33,072 bases of DNA from Pseudomonadota bacterium (GTDB lineage: Bacteria; Myxococcota_A; UBA796; CAJQPC01), in assembly GCA_041160755.1 (NCBI GenBank), contig JBEAVX010000691.1, forward strand, positions 1-33,072, written 5' to 3'. The notes below the pieces were generated by a model. It saw only the letters and a program-made list of their open reading frames with translations. It had not been told where the DNA came from and did not search any database. Positions 1-9,499 of the stretch are shown one piece after another. Every line of letters begins with the position of its first letter. Position 1 is the first letter of the stretch. The position numbers were made by a program, and so were the translations under genes.

Positions 1-20
1 CCGAAGAGGATGATGTTCAT
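1..20 (-). CDS. adk: Adenylate kinase, first 6 codons only (gene runs off the left edge)
   Basis: The minus strand reads GGAGG-N9-ATG AAC ATC ATC CTC TTC GG (MNIILFG), the typical Adk N-terminus leading into the P-loop. The position after secY is a common synteny. Only 20 nt are visible. Confidence 0.3.
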
Positions 21-30
21 GCGCTCGCCT

Positions 31-66
31 CCGAAAACACACGGCTGACGCCCGAAGGGTCAGCCG
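31..66 (-). terminator. Hairpin plus U-tract between secY and adk (intrinsic terminator or attenuator)
   Basis: Minus strand: CGGCTGAC-CC-TTCG-GG-C-GTCAGCCG (8-bp outer stem 42-49/59-66, inner CCC/GGG, UUCG tetraloop) followed by TGTGTTTTC. The adk Shine-Dalgarno GGAGG follows immediately. Confidence 0.5.
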
Positions 67-94
67 CTCTATGCGAGGACACCAGCGCCGAAGC

Positions 95-1438
95 TCACTC
101 GCTCTTGGACCGCTCCAAGAGGCGACGCTGACGACCTCGAACGTTGCTGGACTGGATCAAGCCATCGTAGTGCTTCGTGAGCATGTGCCCCTCAATCTGC
201 GCCACGGTGTCCAACGACACGCTGACGACGATGAGCAGGCCGGTGCCACCGAAGTAGAAGGGGATCCCATACTGCGTGATCAACAGGGTCGGGATCACAC
301 AGACAGCCGCGAGGTACAGGGCGCCGCCCAACGTGAGCCGACTGAGGATCCGGTCGATGTACTCAGCGGTCTGGCGACCGGGGCGAACACCGGGGATGAA
401 CCCACCCTGCTTCTTGAGGTTGTCCGCCACGTCTACGGGGTTGAACGTCACCGCCGTGTAGAAGTAGGCGAAGAAGACGATCAGCCCAACATAGACCGTG
501 TTGTACAGCCAAGCGCCAGGCGTGAACGCCCCGACGACGCGCCCCAGGATGGCGTTGTCGCTGTTGAGCAGGGTCGAGAGGGTCGCGGGGAACATCAACA
601 CCGCGCTGGCGAAGATGGGCGGGATCACCCCGGCCACGTTCACCTTGAGCGGCAGATGGGTCTCTTGACCGCCATACACGCGCCGCCCAACCACCCGTTT
701 GGCGTACTGGATGGGCACACGACGCTGGCCGCGCTCAATGAACACGATCCCGACCAGCACGGCGAACATGAAGAGCACGAGCAGGGTGACGCCGAGGAGG
801 TTCATGTCCCCGTTGCCGACCTTCTGCGCGAGCTGGTACGCCCCAGTCGGTAGCCCCGCGACGATGCCCGCGGTGATGATGAGCGACGAGCCGCTGCCGA
901 TGCCGCGCTCGGTGATCTGCTCACCAAGCCACATCACGAAGCAGCTCCCGGCCGTCATGGTGATCATCGTCATGAGGCGAAAGCCCCACCCGACGGCGAT
1001 CACGACCGACTCCCCGTTACCGACCTTCATCTGCTCCAGGCCCACGGCGATGCTGCCAGACTGGACGAGCGCGATGACGATCGTGAGGTAACGGGTGTAC
1101 TGGTTGAGCTTGTTGCGCCCGGTCTGCCCCTCTTTGGACAGACGCTCGAGCTGCGGCACCGTGGAGCTCAACACCTGGATGATGATCGAGGCGCTGATGT
1201 ACGGCATGATGCCGAGCACGAAGACGCTGAACTGCTCAAGGGCGCCACCCGAGAACATGTCGTAGAGTCCAAACAGCGTGTTGGACCCCGACTGAAAGAA
1301 CTCGGAGAGCGCCGCCCGATCCACCCCGGGAGCCGGGATGAAGATCCCGAGCCGATAAACCGCCAGCAACGCCAGCGTGAAGAAGATGCGACTCCGGAGG
1401 TCCGGCATCTTCCAGACATCGGCCAGGGATGAGAACAC
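95..1438 (-). CDS. secY: Preprotein translocase subunit SecY
   Basis: Multi-TM protein with SecY signatures (RIFFTLALLAVYRLG, FSVFVLGIMPYISASII, YGGQ.THLPLK). The preferred start is GTG at 1438, since GAGGAG lies 7 nt upstream and it sits 1 nt after the rplO stop. The ATG at 1462 would overlap rplO by 23 nt. Confidence 0.95.
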   Translation of the reverse strand: MFSSLADVWKMPDLRSRIFFTLALLAVYRLGIFIPAPGVDRAALSEFFQSGSNTLFGLYDMFSGGALEQFSVFVLGIMPYISASIIIQVLSSTVPQLERLSKEGQTGRNKLNQYTRYLTIVIALVQSGSIAVGLEQMKVGNGESVVIAVGWGFRLMTMITMTAGSCFVMWLGEQITERGIGSGSSLIITAGIVAGLPTGAYQLAQKVGNGDMNLLGVTLLVLFMFAVLVGIVFIERGQRRVPIQYAKRVVGRRVYGGQETHLPLKVNVAGVIPPIFASAVLMFPATLSTLLNSDNAILGRVVGAFTPGAWLYNTVYVGLIVFFAYFYTAVTFNPVDVADNLKKQGGFIPGVRPGRQTAEYIDRILSRLTLGGALYLAAVCVIPTLLITQYGIPFYFGGTGLLIVVSVSLDTVAQIEGHMLTKHYDGLIQSSNVRGRQRRLLERSKSE

Positions 1439-1439
1439 G

Positions 1440-1892
1440 TCAGATCTCCTCAGCCACACCACCAGCCGCTACGATCTTCGCGCGAGCCGTCTCGCTGAAC
1501 TTCGCAGCCTTGATGGTGAGAGCGACTTCGAGCTCACCAGCCCCGAGGATCTTGAGACCATCGCGACCAACATACGAAACGTGGCCACGCGACTTGAGAC
1601 CGTCAAGATCGACCACATCACCCGCAACATAGCGGCCGTTGAGGTCGCCGATGTTCATGATGGTGTAGTCCTTCGCGAAGATGTTCGTGAAGCCACGCTT
1701 GGGGAGGCGCCGCTGCAAGGGCATCTGACCGCCCTCGAAGCCCGGACGCACACCCTCACCGGCGCGGGAGCCCTGGCCCTTCTGGCCACGACCCGAGGTC
1801 TTGCCCTTACCAGAGCCCTCTCCACGACCGACGCGCATGCGCTTCTTGGTGGAGCCGGGGACCGGCTTGAGGTTGGAGAGTTCGTTCGCCAT
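1440..1892 (-). CDS. rplO: 50S ribosomal protein L15
   Basis: MANELSNLKPVPGSTKKRMRVGRGEGSGKGKTSGRGQKGQ is the canonical L15 N-terminus. I chose the internal ATG at 1892 rather than the ORF-track start at 1964. Confidence 0.95.
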   Translation of the reverse strand: MANELSNLKPVPGSTKKRMRVGRGEGSGKGKTSGRGQKGQGSRAGEGVRPGFEGGQMPLQRRLPKRGFTNIFAKDYTIMNIGDLNGRYVAGDVVDLDGLKSRGHVSYVGRDGLKILGAGELEVALTIKAAKFSETARAKIVAAGGVAEEI

Positions 1893-1976
1893 CTGAAACT
1901 CCAGAGTCGAAGAGAAGACAGGCGCGGCGCAGGACCAGCGAATGCAAGCGCCGCCCATCCTCACCTGCGGGCCTGA

Positions 1977-2162
1977 TCAGGCCTCGACTTCCTCGACATG
2001 AACGAGATGAATGACCTTCTTGACCATGCCACGAACCGAGGGGGTGTTCTCGAGCACCCGGGAAGAATGAATCTTCCGGAGCCCGAGCCCGATCACGGTC
2101 GCGGTCTGGCTATCCGTGGTGCCAATCGTTGAACGGGTCAACGTGACCTTGAGCATTTTCAC
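1977..2162 (-). CDS. rpmD: 50S ribosomal protein L30
   Basis: 61 aa, [11 protein letters not shown]...Q..T...LGLRK motif, positioned between S5 and L15. GTG start with AAGAGG 7 nt upstream. Confidence 0.9.
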   Translation of the reverse strand: MKMLKVTLTRSTIGTTDSQTATVIGLGLRKIHSSRVLENTPSVRGMVKKVIHLVHVEEVEA

Positions 2163-2206
2163 GGCGAAACCTCTTGCGTTCTCACGCGCTCAGCCCGACG
2201 CCCGCA

Positions 2207-2758
2207 TCACGCGGAGCGCCAAACCCGCGCGCCGACGTTGTAGTTGGAGAGCACCTTGTCGAGGTCCTGGTTGGTCCGAACCGCGAACTGCTCCGGCGAC
2301 TCAAGCTGCTCCAGGGCAGCGAAGGTCGCGCGCACCACGTTGTAGGGGTTGCTGGAGCCCAGGCTCTTGGAGAGGACGTTGCGGTAACCGACGGCGTCCA
2401 TGATGGCGCGCACAGCCGGACCCGCGATAACGCCCGTACCCGGAGCCGCAGGACGAAGCACAACGGTACCCGAACCATACTCGCCACGGCTGATGTGCGG
2501 CACGGTGCCGTCCACCATCGCGACCTTGAGCAGGCTCGCCTTGGCCTTGTTCGTGGCCTTGCGGATCGCCTCGGGCACCTCATTGGCCTTGCCCATGCCT
2601 ACGCCGACCTGCCCCTCGCCGTCGCCGACCACGACGATCGCCGAGAAGCTGAAGCGACGGCCGCCTTTGACGACCTTCGCGACGCGGTTGACATGGATCA
2701 CTTTCTCAATCAGACCGTCATCAGCATCCTGACGACGACTGCGGGATACCTTGTTCAC
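2207..2758 (-). CDS. rpsE: 30S ribosomal protein S5
   Basis: [39 protein letters not shown] motif. GTG start preceded by GGAGGA. Confidence 0.95.
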   Translation of the reverse strand: MNKVSRSRRQDADDGLIEKVIHVNRVAKVVKGGRRFSFSAIVVVGDGEGQVGVGMGKANEVPEAIRKATNKAKASLLKVAMVDGTVPHISRGEYGSGTVVLRPAAPGTGVIAGPAVRAIMDAVGYRNVLSKSLGSSNPYNVVRATFAALEQLESPEQFAVRTNQDLDKVLSNYNVGARVWRSA

Positions 2759-2791
2759 TTGAATCCTCCGCTGCGGGCCATCGCCAGTCGC

Positions 2792-3160
2792 TTAGAAGTC
2801 GAGACCACCCTCACGAGCAGCGTCGGCGAGCGCCTTGACGCGACCGTGATAGAGATAGCCGTTGCGGTCGAAAACGACCTTGGTGACGTTCGCGGCGGCC
2901 GCCTTCTCCGCGAGGAGCTTGCCGACCGCTGCAGCCGCGTTGATGTTTCCACGATGCCCCTCAAGCTCCTTGAGCTCGGGGGACCGGGTGGAAGCCGCGA
3001 CGAGGGTGTGACCACTCTCGTCGTTGACCACCTGGGCGTAGATGTGGGACGCGCTGCGGAAGACGGTGAGGCGCGGACGCTCCACCGTGCCGCTCACGCG
3101 CTTACGAATCGAGACCTTGCGGCGCTCACGCGCGACCTGAGAGGGATTGGTCTTACCCAT
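2792..3160 (-). CDS. rplR: 50S ribosomal protein L18
   Basis: RPRL.VFRS..HIYAQV......TL.AAST and [24 protein letters not shown] motifs. AGGAG upstream of the ATG. Confidence 0.95.
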   Translation of the reverse strand: MGKTNPSQVARERRKVSIRKRVSGTVERPRLTVFRSASHIYAQVVNDESGHTLVAASTRSPELKELEGHRGNINAAAAVGKLLAEKAAAANVTKVVFDRNGYLYHGRVKALADAAREGGLDF

Positions 3161-3169
3161 GGCGCACTC

Positions 3170-3709
3170 CTACTTCTTCGCGGACTTGCCGGCCTTGAGC
3201 CGGACACGCTCACCCTCATACCGCACACCCTTCCCCTTGTAGGAGTCAGGAGAGCGGTAGCCACGGATGTCCGAGGCGACCTGGCCGACGGCCTCCTTGT
3301 CAGCTCCCGACACGACGATCTTGTTCGCCTTGGTGTCGACAGAGATGGAGATCCCGGCAGGGGGCGAGAACTCGATTGGATGGGAATAACCGAGGCTAAG
3401 GACCAGCTTGGGGCCCTTCATCTCGGCCTTGTAGCCGACGCCGATGATCTCGAGCCGACGCTCGAAACCCTTCGTGACGCCAACCACCATGTTGCTGAGG
3501 AGCGCGCGCATCAGGCCATGGTTGGCCCGAATGTTGCGCTCCTCGGAGCTGCGGTGAAGGTGAGCGGCGCCACCGGACTGCTCAATCGTGATCCCCTCGA
3601 CGAGGACACGCTCAAGCCGGCCCTTGGGCCCGCTGACCACCACGTTGTCCCCAACCGTGAGCTTTACCCCGGCGGGAATCTGAACAGGCATCTTACCTAC
3701 GCGCGACAT
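3170..3709 (-). CDS. rplF: 50S ribosomal protein L6
   Basis: MSRVGK.P..IP.GV, GY.HP and Y.GKG.RY.GE.V..K.GK motifs, in spc-operon order. Confidence 0.95.
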   Translation of the reverse strand: MSRVGKMPVQIPAGVKLTVGDNVVVSGPKGRLERVLVEGITIEQSGGAAHLHRSSEERNIRANHGLMRALLSNMVVGVTKGFERRLEIIGVGYKAEMKGPKLVLSLGYSHPIEFSPPAGISISVDTKANKIVVSGADKEAVGQVASDIRGYRSPDSYKGKGVRYEGERVRLKAGKSAKK

Positions 3710-3727
3710 GACAGACTCCTATCCCTG

Positions 3728-4126
3728 CTACCAGACGTAGCAGAGCAGCTCACCGCCAACGCCCGCGTGGAGCGCTTGCTGGCCGGTAAGCACGCCCTTC
3801 GGCGTAGTGAGGATGGCGAGGCCAAGGCCGTTACGGACACGCGGGATCTCATCGCGACCCACGTATTTCCGGCAACCAGGCTTGGAGACACGGTCAAGCC
3901 CGCGGATCACTCCACGGTTGGCCGCGTCGTAACGCAGGAAGATCTTGATCTGCCCTTGGGGACCCTCGGGAACATCAATGAAGCCCTCGATGAAGCCCTC
4001 CTGCTTGAGGATCTTCACCAGCTCCAGCTTGATCTTTGACCGGGGCACCACGACCGTGGGATGACGCGCCTGGCTGGCGTTCCGAATCCTGGTCAGCAGG
4101 TCTGCGATCGGATCGGTCATCGACAT
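3728..4126 (-). CDS. rpsH: 30S ribosomal protein S8
   Basis: [21 protein letters not shown] and GG.LCYVW C-terminus. AGGAGAG Shine-Dalgarno. Confidence 0.95.
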   Translation of the reverse strand: MSMTDPIADLLTRIRNASQARHPTVVVPRSKIKLELVKILKQEGFIEGFIDVPEGPQGQIKIFLRYDAANRGVIRGLDRVSKPGCRKYVGRDEIPRVRNGLGLAILTTPKGVLTGQQALHAGVGGELLCYVW

Positions 4127-4220
4127 CAGAACTCTCCTATACGGTGCTGGTTTCTCATGCGTTTTGCACGAGACCTACCACCGACCGGGCCAATGAAGCT
4201 CGGCTAACGATCTCAGCGAA

Positions 4221-4406
4221 CTACCAGCTTGCCTTGGTGACGCCAGGGAGCTCGCCCCGAAGCGCCATGTTCCGCAAGCAGATGCGACACAGGTCAAAGT
4301 CACGGTAGTAGGCCCGGGGCCGACCGCACACCTTGCACCGGTTGTGCTGGCGGGTCGAGAACTTGGCCTTCCGCTGAGACTTCGCGATCATGGACTTTTT
4401 GGCCAT
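4221..4406 (-). CDS. rpsN: 30S ribosomal protein S14, short zinc-binding (type Z) form
   Basis: 61 aa with CxxC-N12-CxxC ([20 protein letters not shown]) and a GVTKASW C-terminus. Confidence 0.95.
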   Translation of the reverse strand: MAKKSMIAKSQRKAKFSTRQHNRCKVCGRPRAYYRDFDLCRICLRNMALRGELPGVTKASW

Positions 4407-4415
4407 GAGCTACTC

Positions 4416-4958
4416 CTAGGAGCGGAACGGGAAGCCGAGGCTGACCAGGAGAGCCCGGGCCTCAGCGTCCGTCTTCGCGGTGGTGACGAAGGTGATGTTC
4501 ATCCCGTGGATCTTCACGACCTTGTCGTAGTTGATCTCAGGGAAGAGGATCTGCTCAGTGAGCCCGAGCGAGTAGTTGCCCCGACCATCGAACCCCTTGG
4601 GGCTAAGCCCACGGAAGTCACGAATACGGGGAATGGCCACCGAGAGCAGCCGGTCAAAGAAGTGCCACATACGGTCGCCGCGAAGCGTGACCTTGGCGCC
4701 GATGGCCATGCCCTCACGAAGCTTGAAGTTCGCGATGGACTTGCGCGCACGGCGGATGAGGGCCTTCTGACCCGTGATCACCGCCAGCTCCTCAGCCGCC
4801 GTATCGAGCAGCTTCTGGTTCTGGATGGCCTCCTTGATGGAGGTGTTGACCACGATCTTCTCAAGGCGAGGAACACACATGATGTTGGTGCTGCCAAGCT
4901 CTTGCTTGAGCTTAGGCACCAGCTCGGTCATGTACCGTTCTTTGAGGCGGGGAACCAT
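4416..4958 (-). CDS. rplE: 50S ribosomal protein L5
   Basis: [13 protein letters not shown]....[17 protein letters not shown] motifs. Confidence 0.95.
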   Translation of the reverse strand: MVPRLKERYMTELVPKLKQELGSTNIMCVPRLEKIVVNTSIKEAIQNQKLLDTAAEELAVITGQKALIRRARKSIANFKLREGMAIGAKVTLRGDRMWHFFDRLLSVAIPRIRDFRGLSPKGFDGRGNYSLGLTEQILFPEINYDKVVKIHGMNITFVTTAKTDAEARALLVSLGFPFRS

Positions 4959-4984
4959 GAGGGGAATCTCCTATCGACCGATGC

Positions 4985-5308
4985 TCAATCGAGCAGCGCG
5001 CCAGTCTTACGATCGACCCGGACCTTGCGACCATCCTCGGCGACCTTGAGGCCAACCTTGACGCGGCTCTGCAAGGACTCGCTCCAGAGCGCGACGTTCG
5101 AGATGTGAATCGCGGCCTCTTTCTGAATGATCTGGCCAGGCTGTTCGCCCGCGCCCTTCTGGTGGCGCTTGACGAGGGCAACGCCCTCGACAACAACCCG
5201 AGAGTCCTCAGGGATGACCGTGAGGACCTTGCCCCGGCTCCCCTTGTGACGGCCCGCGACAACCACTACGGTGTCGCCACGCTTGATCTTAAATTTGGGC
5301 GCCGACAT
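4985..5308 (-). CDS. rplX: 50S ribosomal protein L24
   Basis: KIKRGD.V.V..G..KG..GKV KOW motif, positioned between L14 and L5. Confidence 0.95.
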   Translation of the reverse strand: MSAPKFKIKRGDTVVVVAGRHKGSRGKVLTVIPEDSRVVVEGVALVKRHQKGAGEQPGQIIQKEAAIHISNVALWSESLQSRVKVGLKVAEDGRKVRVDRKTGALLD

Positions 5309-5325
5309 GGCACGCTCCTGAGCTG

Positions 5326-5694
5326 CTAGAGGACTTCGGGAGCCAAAGACACGATCTTCATGTACTTCTTGGCGCGAAGCTCACGCGCCACAGGTCCGAA
5401 GATACGAGTGCCGATGGGCTCTCCATCCTTGTTGATGAGGACGGCAGAGTTGTTGTCGAAACGGATGTAGGTGCCATCGGGGCGGCGAACCTCTTTGCTG
5501 GTCCGCACGATGACGGCTCGCGCCACATCGCCCTTCTTCACCTTGCCGTTGGGGAGCGCCTCACGAATCGAGACGACCACAACGTCACCAATCGACGCAT
5601 ACCGACGACGAGAGCCGCCGATCACCTTGATGGTACGGAGCTTCTTGGCGCCGCTGTTGTCTGCGACCTCCAAGACCGTGAGATTCTGGATCAT
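5326..5694 (-). CDS. rplN: 50S ribosomal protein L14
   Basis: MIQ....[10 protein letters not shown]...IKV.GGS.RRYA.IGD and [25 protein letters not shown] motifs. Confidence 0.97.
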   Translation of the reverse strand: MIQNLTVLEVADNSGAKKLRTIKVIGGSRRRYASIGDVVVVSIREALPNGKVKKGDVARAVIVRTSKEVRRPDGTYIRFDNNSAVLINKDGEPIGTRIFGPVARELRAKKYMKIVSLAPEVL

Positions 5695-5739
5695 AAGTCC
5701 TCCGACTTCACCCGGCTTGCCAGGCGAGCGACTCGAACA

Positions 5740-6009
5740 TCAACCGTGGTGGGGACGCCGCTCGACGACAAGCCAGCGCTTGGTGCGAGAGAGAGGACGA
5801 GACTCCTGGATGACGACGATGTCGTCAAGCTGGCACTCGTTGGCCTCATCGTGCGCCTTGAACACGTTACGGCGGTTGACGTACTTCTCGTACTTGGGAT
5901 GCTTGACACGCCGGACGACCTCAACCGCGACGGTCTTGTCCATCTTGTTGGAGACGACACGACCGGTCAGCAGGCGACGGCCCGAACTATCGCTGTTCTC
6001 TGCGGACAT
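5740..6009 (-). CDS. rpsQ: 30S ribosomal protein S17
   Basis: L.GRVVS.KMDKT..V.V.R.VKHP.Y.KY..R....KAHDE.NEC..GD.V.I.E.RPLS.TKRW motif. Confidence 0.95.
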   Translation of the reverse strand: MSAENSDSSGRRLLTGRVVSNKMDKTVAVEVVRRVKHPKYEKYVNRRNVFKAHDEANECQLDDIVVIQESRPLSRTKRWLVVERRPHHG

Positions 6010-6209
6010 TAGATCTGCTCACATGTGCAGAATACGCCGACGATGAACGCCAACGCGGGTTACTGGTGCCCTGGCGGGTCTCCCACCGAAGTAGGACTCA
6101 GACCAGGAGAGTATCGTACTACGTACCGGAGGAACCACCCGACCCGGTACCATGAACATCGAAGGACGAGAGAGCGGAGCCCGACACGCTCGGCATCGGG
6201 CACTGCTAC
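6010..6209 (-). other. 200-nt structured non-coding spacer inside the S10 operon, between rpmC and rpsQ
   Basis: No credible ORF. Helices read from the sequence: GTACCGG/CCGGTAC (6123-6129/6144-6150), CCUAC-UUCG-GUGGG on the transcript (6082-6095), and GCCCGA/TCGGGC (6179-6184/6196-6201). Third-position GC bias is lost here. Confidence 0.45.
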
Positions 6210-6527
6210 TTACTCGTTACCGCCGGCCTTGTCAACCACACCCTTGAGGAAGGACGATCCCTCCTGCCGACCACCGAGGGCCTGGGCCTGGAACGTAGAC
6301 TTAAACCGGTCCCGCAGGCCGTTCGGGGCGAGCCCCTGGGCCAGCTCGCGGGCGCGAGCTGCGGTCTGAACGCGGGCGATGTCCTTCCGGATCTTCTTCA
6401 GCTTGGAGTTGTCGTCCAGCTGGTTGGTGAAGAGCCGAAAACGAAAGGCGGTGAGCTCGCGCTCAAGCGCCAGCTCCTTGTGAACAAGCTGCTCGTCAGA
6501 GAGGCTTGTGAGCTCAGTGTACTTCAT
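6210..6527 (-). CDS. rpmC: 50S ribosomal protein L29 with an atypical C-terminal extension (105 aa)
   Basis: [37 protein letters not shown]...KKIRKDIARV is a normal L29 core. The ATG at 6527 shares 1 nt with the rplP TGA (TGATG overlap). The reading frame continues about 43 aa past the usual end. Confidence 0.9.
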   Translation of the reverse strand: MKYTELTSLSDEQLVHKELALERELTAFRFRLFTNQLDDNSKLKKIRKDIARVQTAARARELAQGLAPNGLRDRFKSTFQAQALGGRQEGSSFLKGVVDKAGGNE

Positions 6528-6943
6528 CAGATGACCCCTTCCCGCTTGACGACACGCCACTCAAGCGGAAGCTTGTGGCCAGCGCGACGAAGAGCCTCCA
6601 TCGCTACGTCCTCGGCGACACCCTCGATCTCGTACAAGACGCGACCAGGCTGAATCACCGCGACCCACAGCTCAGGAGCGCCCTTACCTTTACCCATTCG
6701 GGTCTCGGCCGGCTTCTTGGAGATGGGCTTGTCCGGGAAGATCCGGATCCAGACTTTGCCACCGCGCTTCACGTGACGGGTCAGCGCGATACGCGCCGCC
6801 TCAAGCTGACGTGCGGTGATGCGGCCACAACCTGTGGCCTGAAGAGCAAACTCGCCGAAGGAGACGTCGCTGCCGCGGTACGACAGCCCATTCATCCTGC
6901 CCTTCTGCTGCTTGCGGTACTTGACACGCTTGGGAGACAGCAT
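6527..6943 (-). CDS. rplP: 50S ribosomal protein L16
   Basis: [19 protein letters not shown] and RMGKGKG.PE.WVAV..PGR.L.E motifs. I prefer the ATG at 6943, because the GTG at 6955 abuts the Shine-Dalgarno. Confidence 0.95.
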   Translation of the reverse strand: MLSPKRVKYRKQQKGRMNGLSYRGSDVSFGEFALQATGCGRITARQLEAARIALTRHVKRGGKVWIRIFPDKPISKKPAETRMGKGKGAPELWVAVIQPGRVLYEIEGVAEDVAMEALRRAGHKLPLEWRVVKREGVI

Positions 6944-6973
6944 GGTACTGAACACTCCTGGGCCAGGACGGCC

Positions 6974-7615
6974 TCAACGCTCATCGTCACCGGGCAGAAT
7001 TTCACCCTTGAACACCCAAACCTTGACGCCAATGACACCGTAGGTGGTCTTCGCCTCGGCGAAGCCGTAGTCGATGTCGGCACGGAGGGTGTGTAGGGGA
7101 ACTCGTCCCTCGTGGTACCATTCACGACGAGACATCTCAGCCCCGCCGAGACGCCCGCTGCACATAACCTTGACACCCTTGGCGCCGGAGCGCGTCGCCT
7201 GGGTCATCGCCTTCTTGAGGGCGCGACGGAAGGACACACGCTTGACGAGCTGGGCCGCGATGTTCTCGGCCACGAGCTGCGCGTCGGTCTCAACCTTCCG
7301 AACCTCAACGACGTTCGGATAGATCTCGGTGGACGTGAGCTTCTGCAGATCGCTGCGCAGGCTCTCAAGCCCGGTCGCGCGCTTGCCGAGGATGATGCCA
7401 GGCTTCGCCGCGTGGATGAACACCTTCGCCTTGTTGGCGGCGCGCTCAATGGTCACGCGAGAGATGCTCGCCTGAGCATACTTCTCTTTGACGTACTTCC
7501 GGATCGCGATGTCCTCATGGAGGAACCGCTGGTAGTTCTTGTCGGCATACCACTGGGCATCCCAACCACGAACGATGCCGACTCGGAAGCCGACAGGGTG
7601 AACTTTTTGACCCAT
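6974..7615 (-). CDS. rpsC: 30S ribosomal protein S3
   Basis: MGQKVHP.GFR.GI...W...W.A and [29 protein letters not shown] motifs. Confidence 0.97.
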   Translation of the reverse strand: MGQKVHPVGFRVGIVRGWDAQWYADKNYQRFLHEDIAIRKYVKEKYAQASISRVTIERAANKAKVFIHAAKPGIILGKRATGLESLRSDLQKLTSTEIYPNVVEVRKVETDAQLVAENIAAQLVKRVSFRRALKKAMTQATRSGAKGVKVMCSGRLGGAEMSRREWYHEGRVPLHTLRADIDYGFAEAKTTYGVIGVKVWVFKGEILPGDDER

Positions 7616-7621
7616 GACGAC

Positions 7622-7975
7622 TTACTCCTCCCGCGTCCCAAGGACCACGGTGATGTGGGCGGTCTGCTTGCGGATCGGGGTGGCCCGTCCCTGCGCGCGA
7701 GGCCGGAAACGACGAAGTGTGGTGCCCTGGTCCACCATGATCGACTTGACGTACAGAGCGTCGATGTCGACCTCGCTGGACTTCACCTTGGAGGTGTGCT
7801 CGGCGTTGGCGACGGCCGACTCGATGAGCTTCTTGATGAGCGGGGCGGACTTCTTGTTGGTGAACGTCAGCACCTCAAGCGCCTGCCCAACATCCCGACC
7901 GCGAATCAGATCGGCCACGAGGCGGGCCTTCTGGGCCGACACCCGCGCGAATCGGAGAATGGCTGTAGACTCCAT
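7622..7975 (-). CDS. rplV: 50S ribosomal protein L22
   Basis: [20 protein letters not shown] and RAQGRA..I.K...HITVVL motifs. Confidence 0.95.
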   Translation of the reverse strand: MESTAILRFARVSAQKARLVADLIRGRDVGQALEVLTFTNKKSAPLIKKLIESAVANAEHTSKVKSSEVDIDALYVKSIMVDQGTTLRRFRPRAQGRATPIRKQTAHITVVLGTREE

Positions 7976-8059
7976 TTGATGACCCTTTCGCTTCGTGAGC
8001 GAAGTGATGGGTGGCTGTGGAGCGCTGGGGCCGCGACTGTAGCGCGACCCCTCGCGCGC

Positions 8060-8341
8060 TCAGCGCACCTTTGTTTTCCGATCCGCGGCGTGGCCGAAGA
8101 AGGTACGGGTAGGGGAGAACTCGCCGAGCTTGTGCCCGACCATGTTCTCCGTCACATACACAGTCACGAACTTTTTACCGTTGTGAACTGCGAACGTCAA
8201 CCCGATGAAGTCGGGGAGGATGGTTGAGCGCCGGCTCCAGGTCTTGACGACAGGGGCGCCTTGGCCGGAGCTCCGGGCGAGGACCGCCTTCTTCTCCAGG
8301 TGGGCATCCACAAAGGGGCCCTTCTTGATTGAGCGTGCCAC
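8060..8341 (-). CDS. rpsS: 30S ribosomal protein S19
   Basis: [52 protein letters not shown] motifs. GTG start with AGGAG. Confidence 0.95.
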   Translation of the reverse strand: MARSIKKGPFVDAHLEKKAVLARSSGQGAPVVKTWSRRSTILPDFIGLTFAVHNGKKFVTVYVTENMVGHKLGEFSPTRTFFGHAADRKTKVR

Positions 8342-8355
8342 GAGAACTCCTGAAC

Positions 8356-9180
8356 CTACTTACGGCGCTTGACGATGAAGGCGGTGCTCGGCTTCTTGCG
8401 CGAGCGAGTCTTGTAACCACGAGTGGGCTGACCCCAGGGCGTCACGGGGTGACGACCGCCGGAGGTCTTGCCCTCACCACCACCGTGCGGGTGGTCGATG
8501 GGGTTCATGGTGACGCCACGGTTGTGAGGACGACGCCCCAGCCACCGAGCGCGACCCGCCTTACCCAGAGAGATGTTCTCGTGCTCAAGGTTACCGACCT
8601 GGCCGATGGTGGCGAGGCAGTTCTCGTGAACACGACGGAGCTCACCGGAGGGCAGACGGAGGAGGACATAGCTGTTCTCCTTCGCCATGACCTGGGCGTA
8701 GCTCCCGGCCGAGCGGCAGAGCTGACCGCCGCGAGACGGGTAGAGCTCCACGTTGTGCACCCAGGTGCCCAGGGGAACGGACGCGAGACGCATCGCGTTG
8801 CCGGGCTTGATGTCGGCCTGGTCTGAGGTGACGATGGTGTCGCCGACCTTCAGGTTGTTGGGGTGCAGAATGTACCGCTTCTCGCCGTCCTTGTAGTGGA
8901 TGAGGGCGATGTTCGCGGTGCGGTTGGGATCGTACTCCACGGACGCGACGCAGCCGGGCACGCCCTGCTTGTCACGACGGAAGTCGATCAAACGGTAGCG
9001 GCGCTTGTGGCCACCGCCGCGGAAGCGGCTGGTGACGCGACCGAAGTTGTTGCGACCGCCAGTGCCGCGCATCGGGAGGACCAACGAACGCTCAGGAGAG
9101 CCCGTGGTGATCTCAGCGAAGTCCGACACCGTCTTGAAGCGGAGGCCGTTGCTCGTAGGCTTGAAGCTCTTGGTTCCCAT
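8356..9180 (-). CDS. rplB: 50S ribosomal protein L2
   Basis: GRNN.GR.T.R.RGGGHKR.YR.IDF.R and [11 protein letters not shown]....GRHPVTPWG motifs. Confidence 0.97.
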   Translation of the reverse strand: MGTKSFKPTSNGLRFKTVSDFAEITTGSPERSLVLPMRGTGGRNNFGRVTSRFRGGGHKRRYRLIDFRRDKQGVPGCVASVEYDPNRTANIALIHYKDGEKRYILHPNNLKVGDTIVTSDQADIKPGNAMRLASVPLGTWVHNVELYPSRGGQLCRSAGSYAQVMAKENSYVLLRLPSGELRRVHENCLATIGQVGNLEHENISLGKAGRARWLGRRPHNRGVTMNPIDHPHGGGEGKTSGGRHPVTPWGQPTRGYKTRSRKKPSTAFIVKRRK

Positions 9181-9196
9181 GTCTACCTCAATGACC

Positions 9197-9496
9197 TCAG
9201 GCCTGGGCTTCGTCGCTGAAGAAGTTCAGCACGTCACCGCCCGCGAGCTTGACGTATGCCTTCTTCCAGTCAGACCGACGCCCGGAGTGGCGACCGAAAC
9301 GCTTGTTTTTGCCACGGACCACCGAAGTCCGCACCGCCTCGACGCTCACCCCGAAGAAGGCCTCAACAGCGGCCTTGATCTGGATCTTGTTGGCCTTGAG
9401 GCCAACCGCGAAGACGTAGGTGTTCTGAGTGGACTCCAGAACGGCGCCCTTCTCGGTGGTCAGCGGACGGAGGAGCACATCATGAATCTGCGCCAT
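9197..9496 (-). CDS. rplW: 50S ribosomal protein L23
   Basis: 99 aa, L.RP..TEK and KKAYV.L motifs, positioned between L4 and L2. Confidence 0.93.
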   Translation of the reverse strand: MAQIHDVLLRPLTTEKGAVLESTQNTYVFAVGLKANKIQIKAAVEAFFGVSVEAVRTSVVRGKNKRFGRHSGRRSDWKKAYVKLAGGDVLNFFSDEAQA

Positions 9497-9499
9497 CTC

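Noticed and set aside
1439-1462. The ATG at 1462 as the secY start.
   Set aside because: It would overlap rplO by 23 nt and has no Shine-Dalgarno. The GTG at 1438 has GAGGAG at ideal spacing and gives a normal SecY N-terminus.
6019-6159. 46-aa minus-strand ORF (MFMVPGRVVPPVRST...) inside the rpmC-rpsQ spacer, considered as a possible small ribosomal protein.
   Set aside because: It uses many A/T-ending rare codons (GTA, GTT, CCT, AGT, ATA, AGA, AGG), unlike every neighbouring gene. It has no Shine-Dalgarno and no resemblance to L34, L36 or other small r-proteins. The region is better explained as structured RNA.
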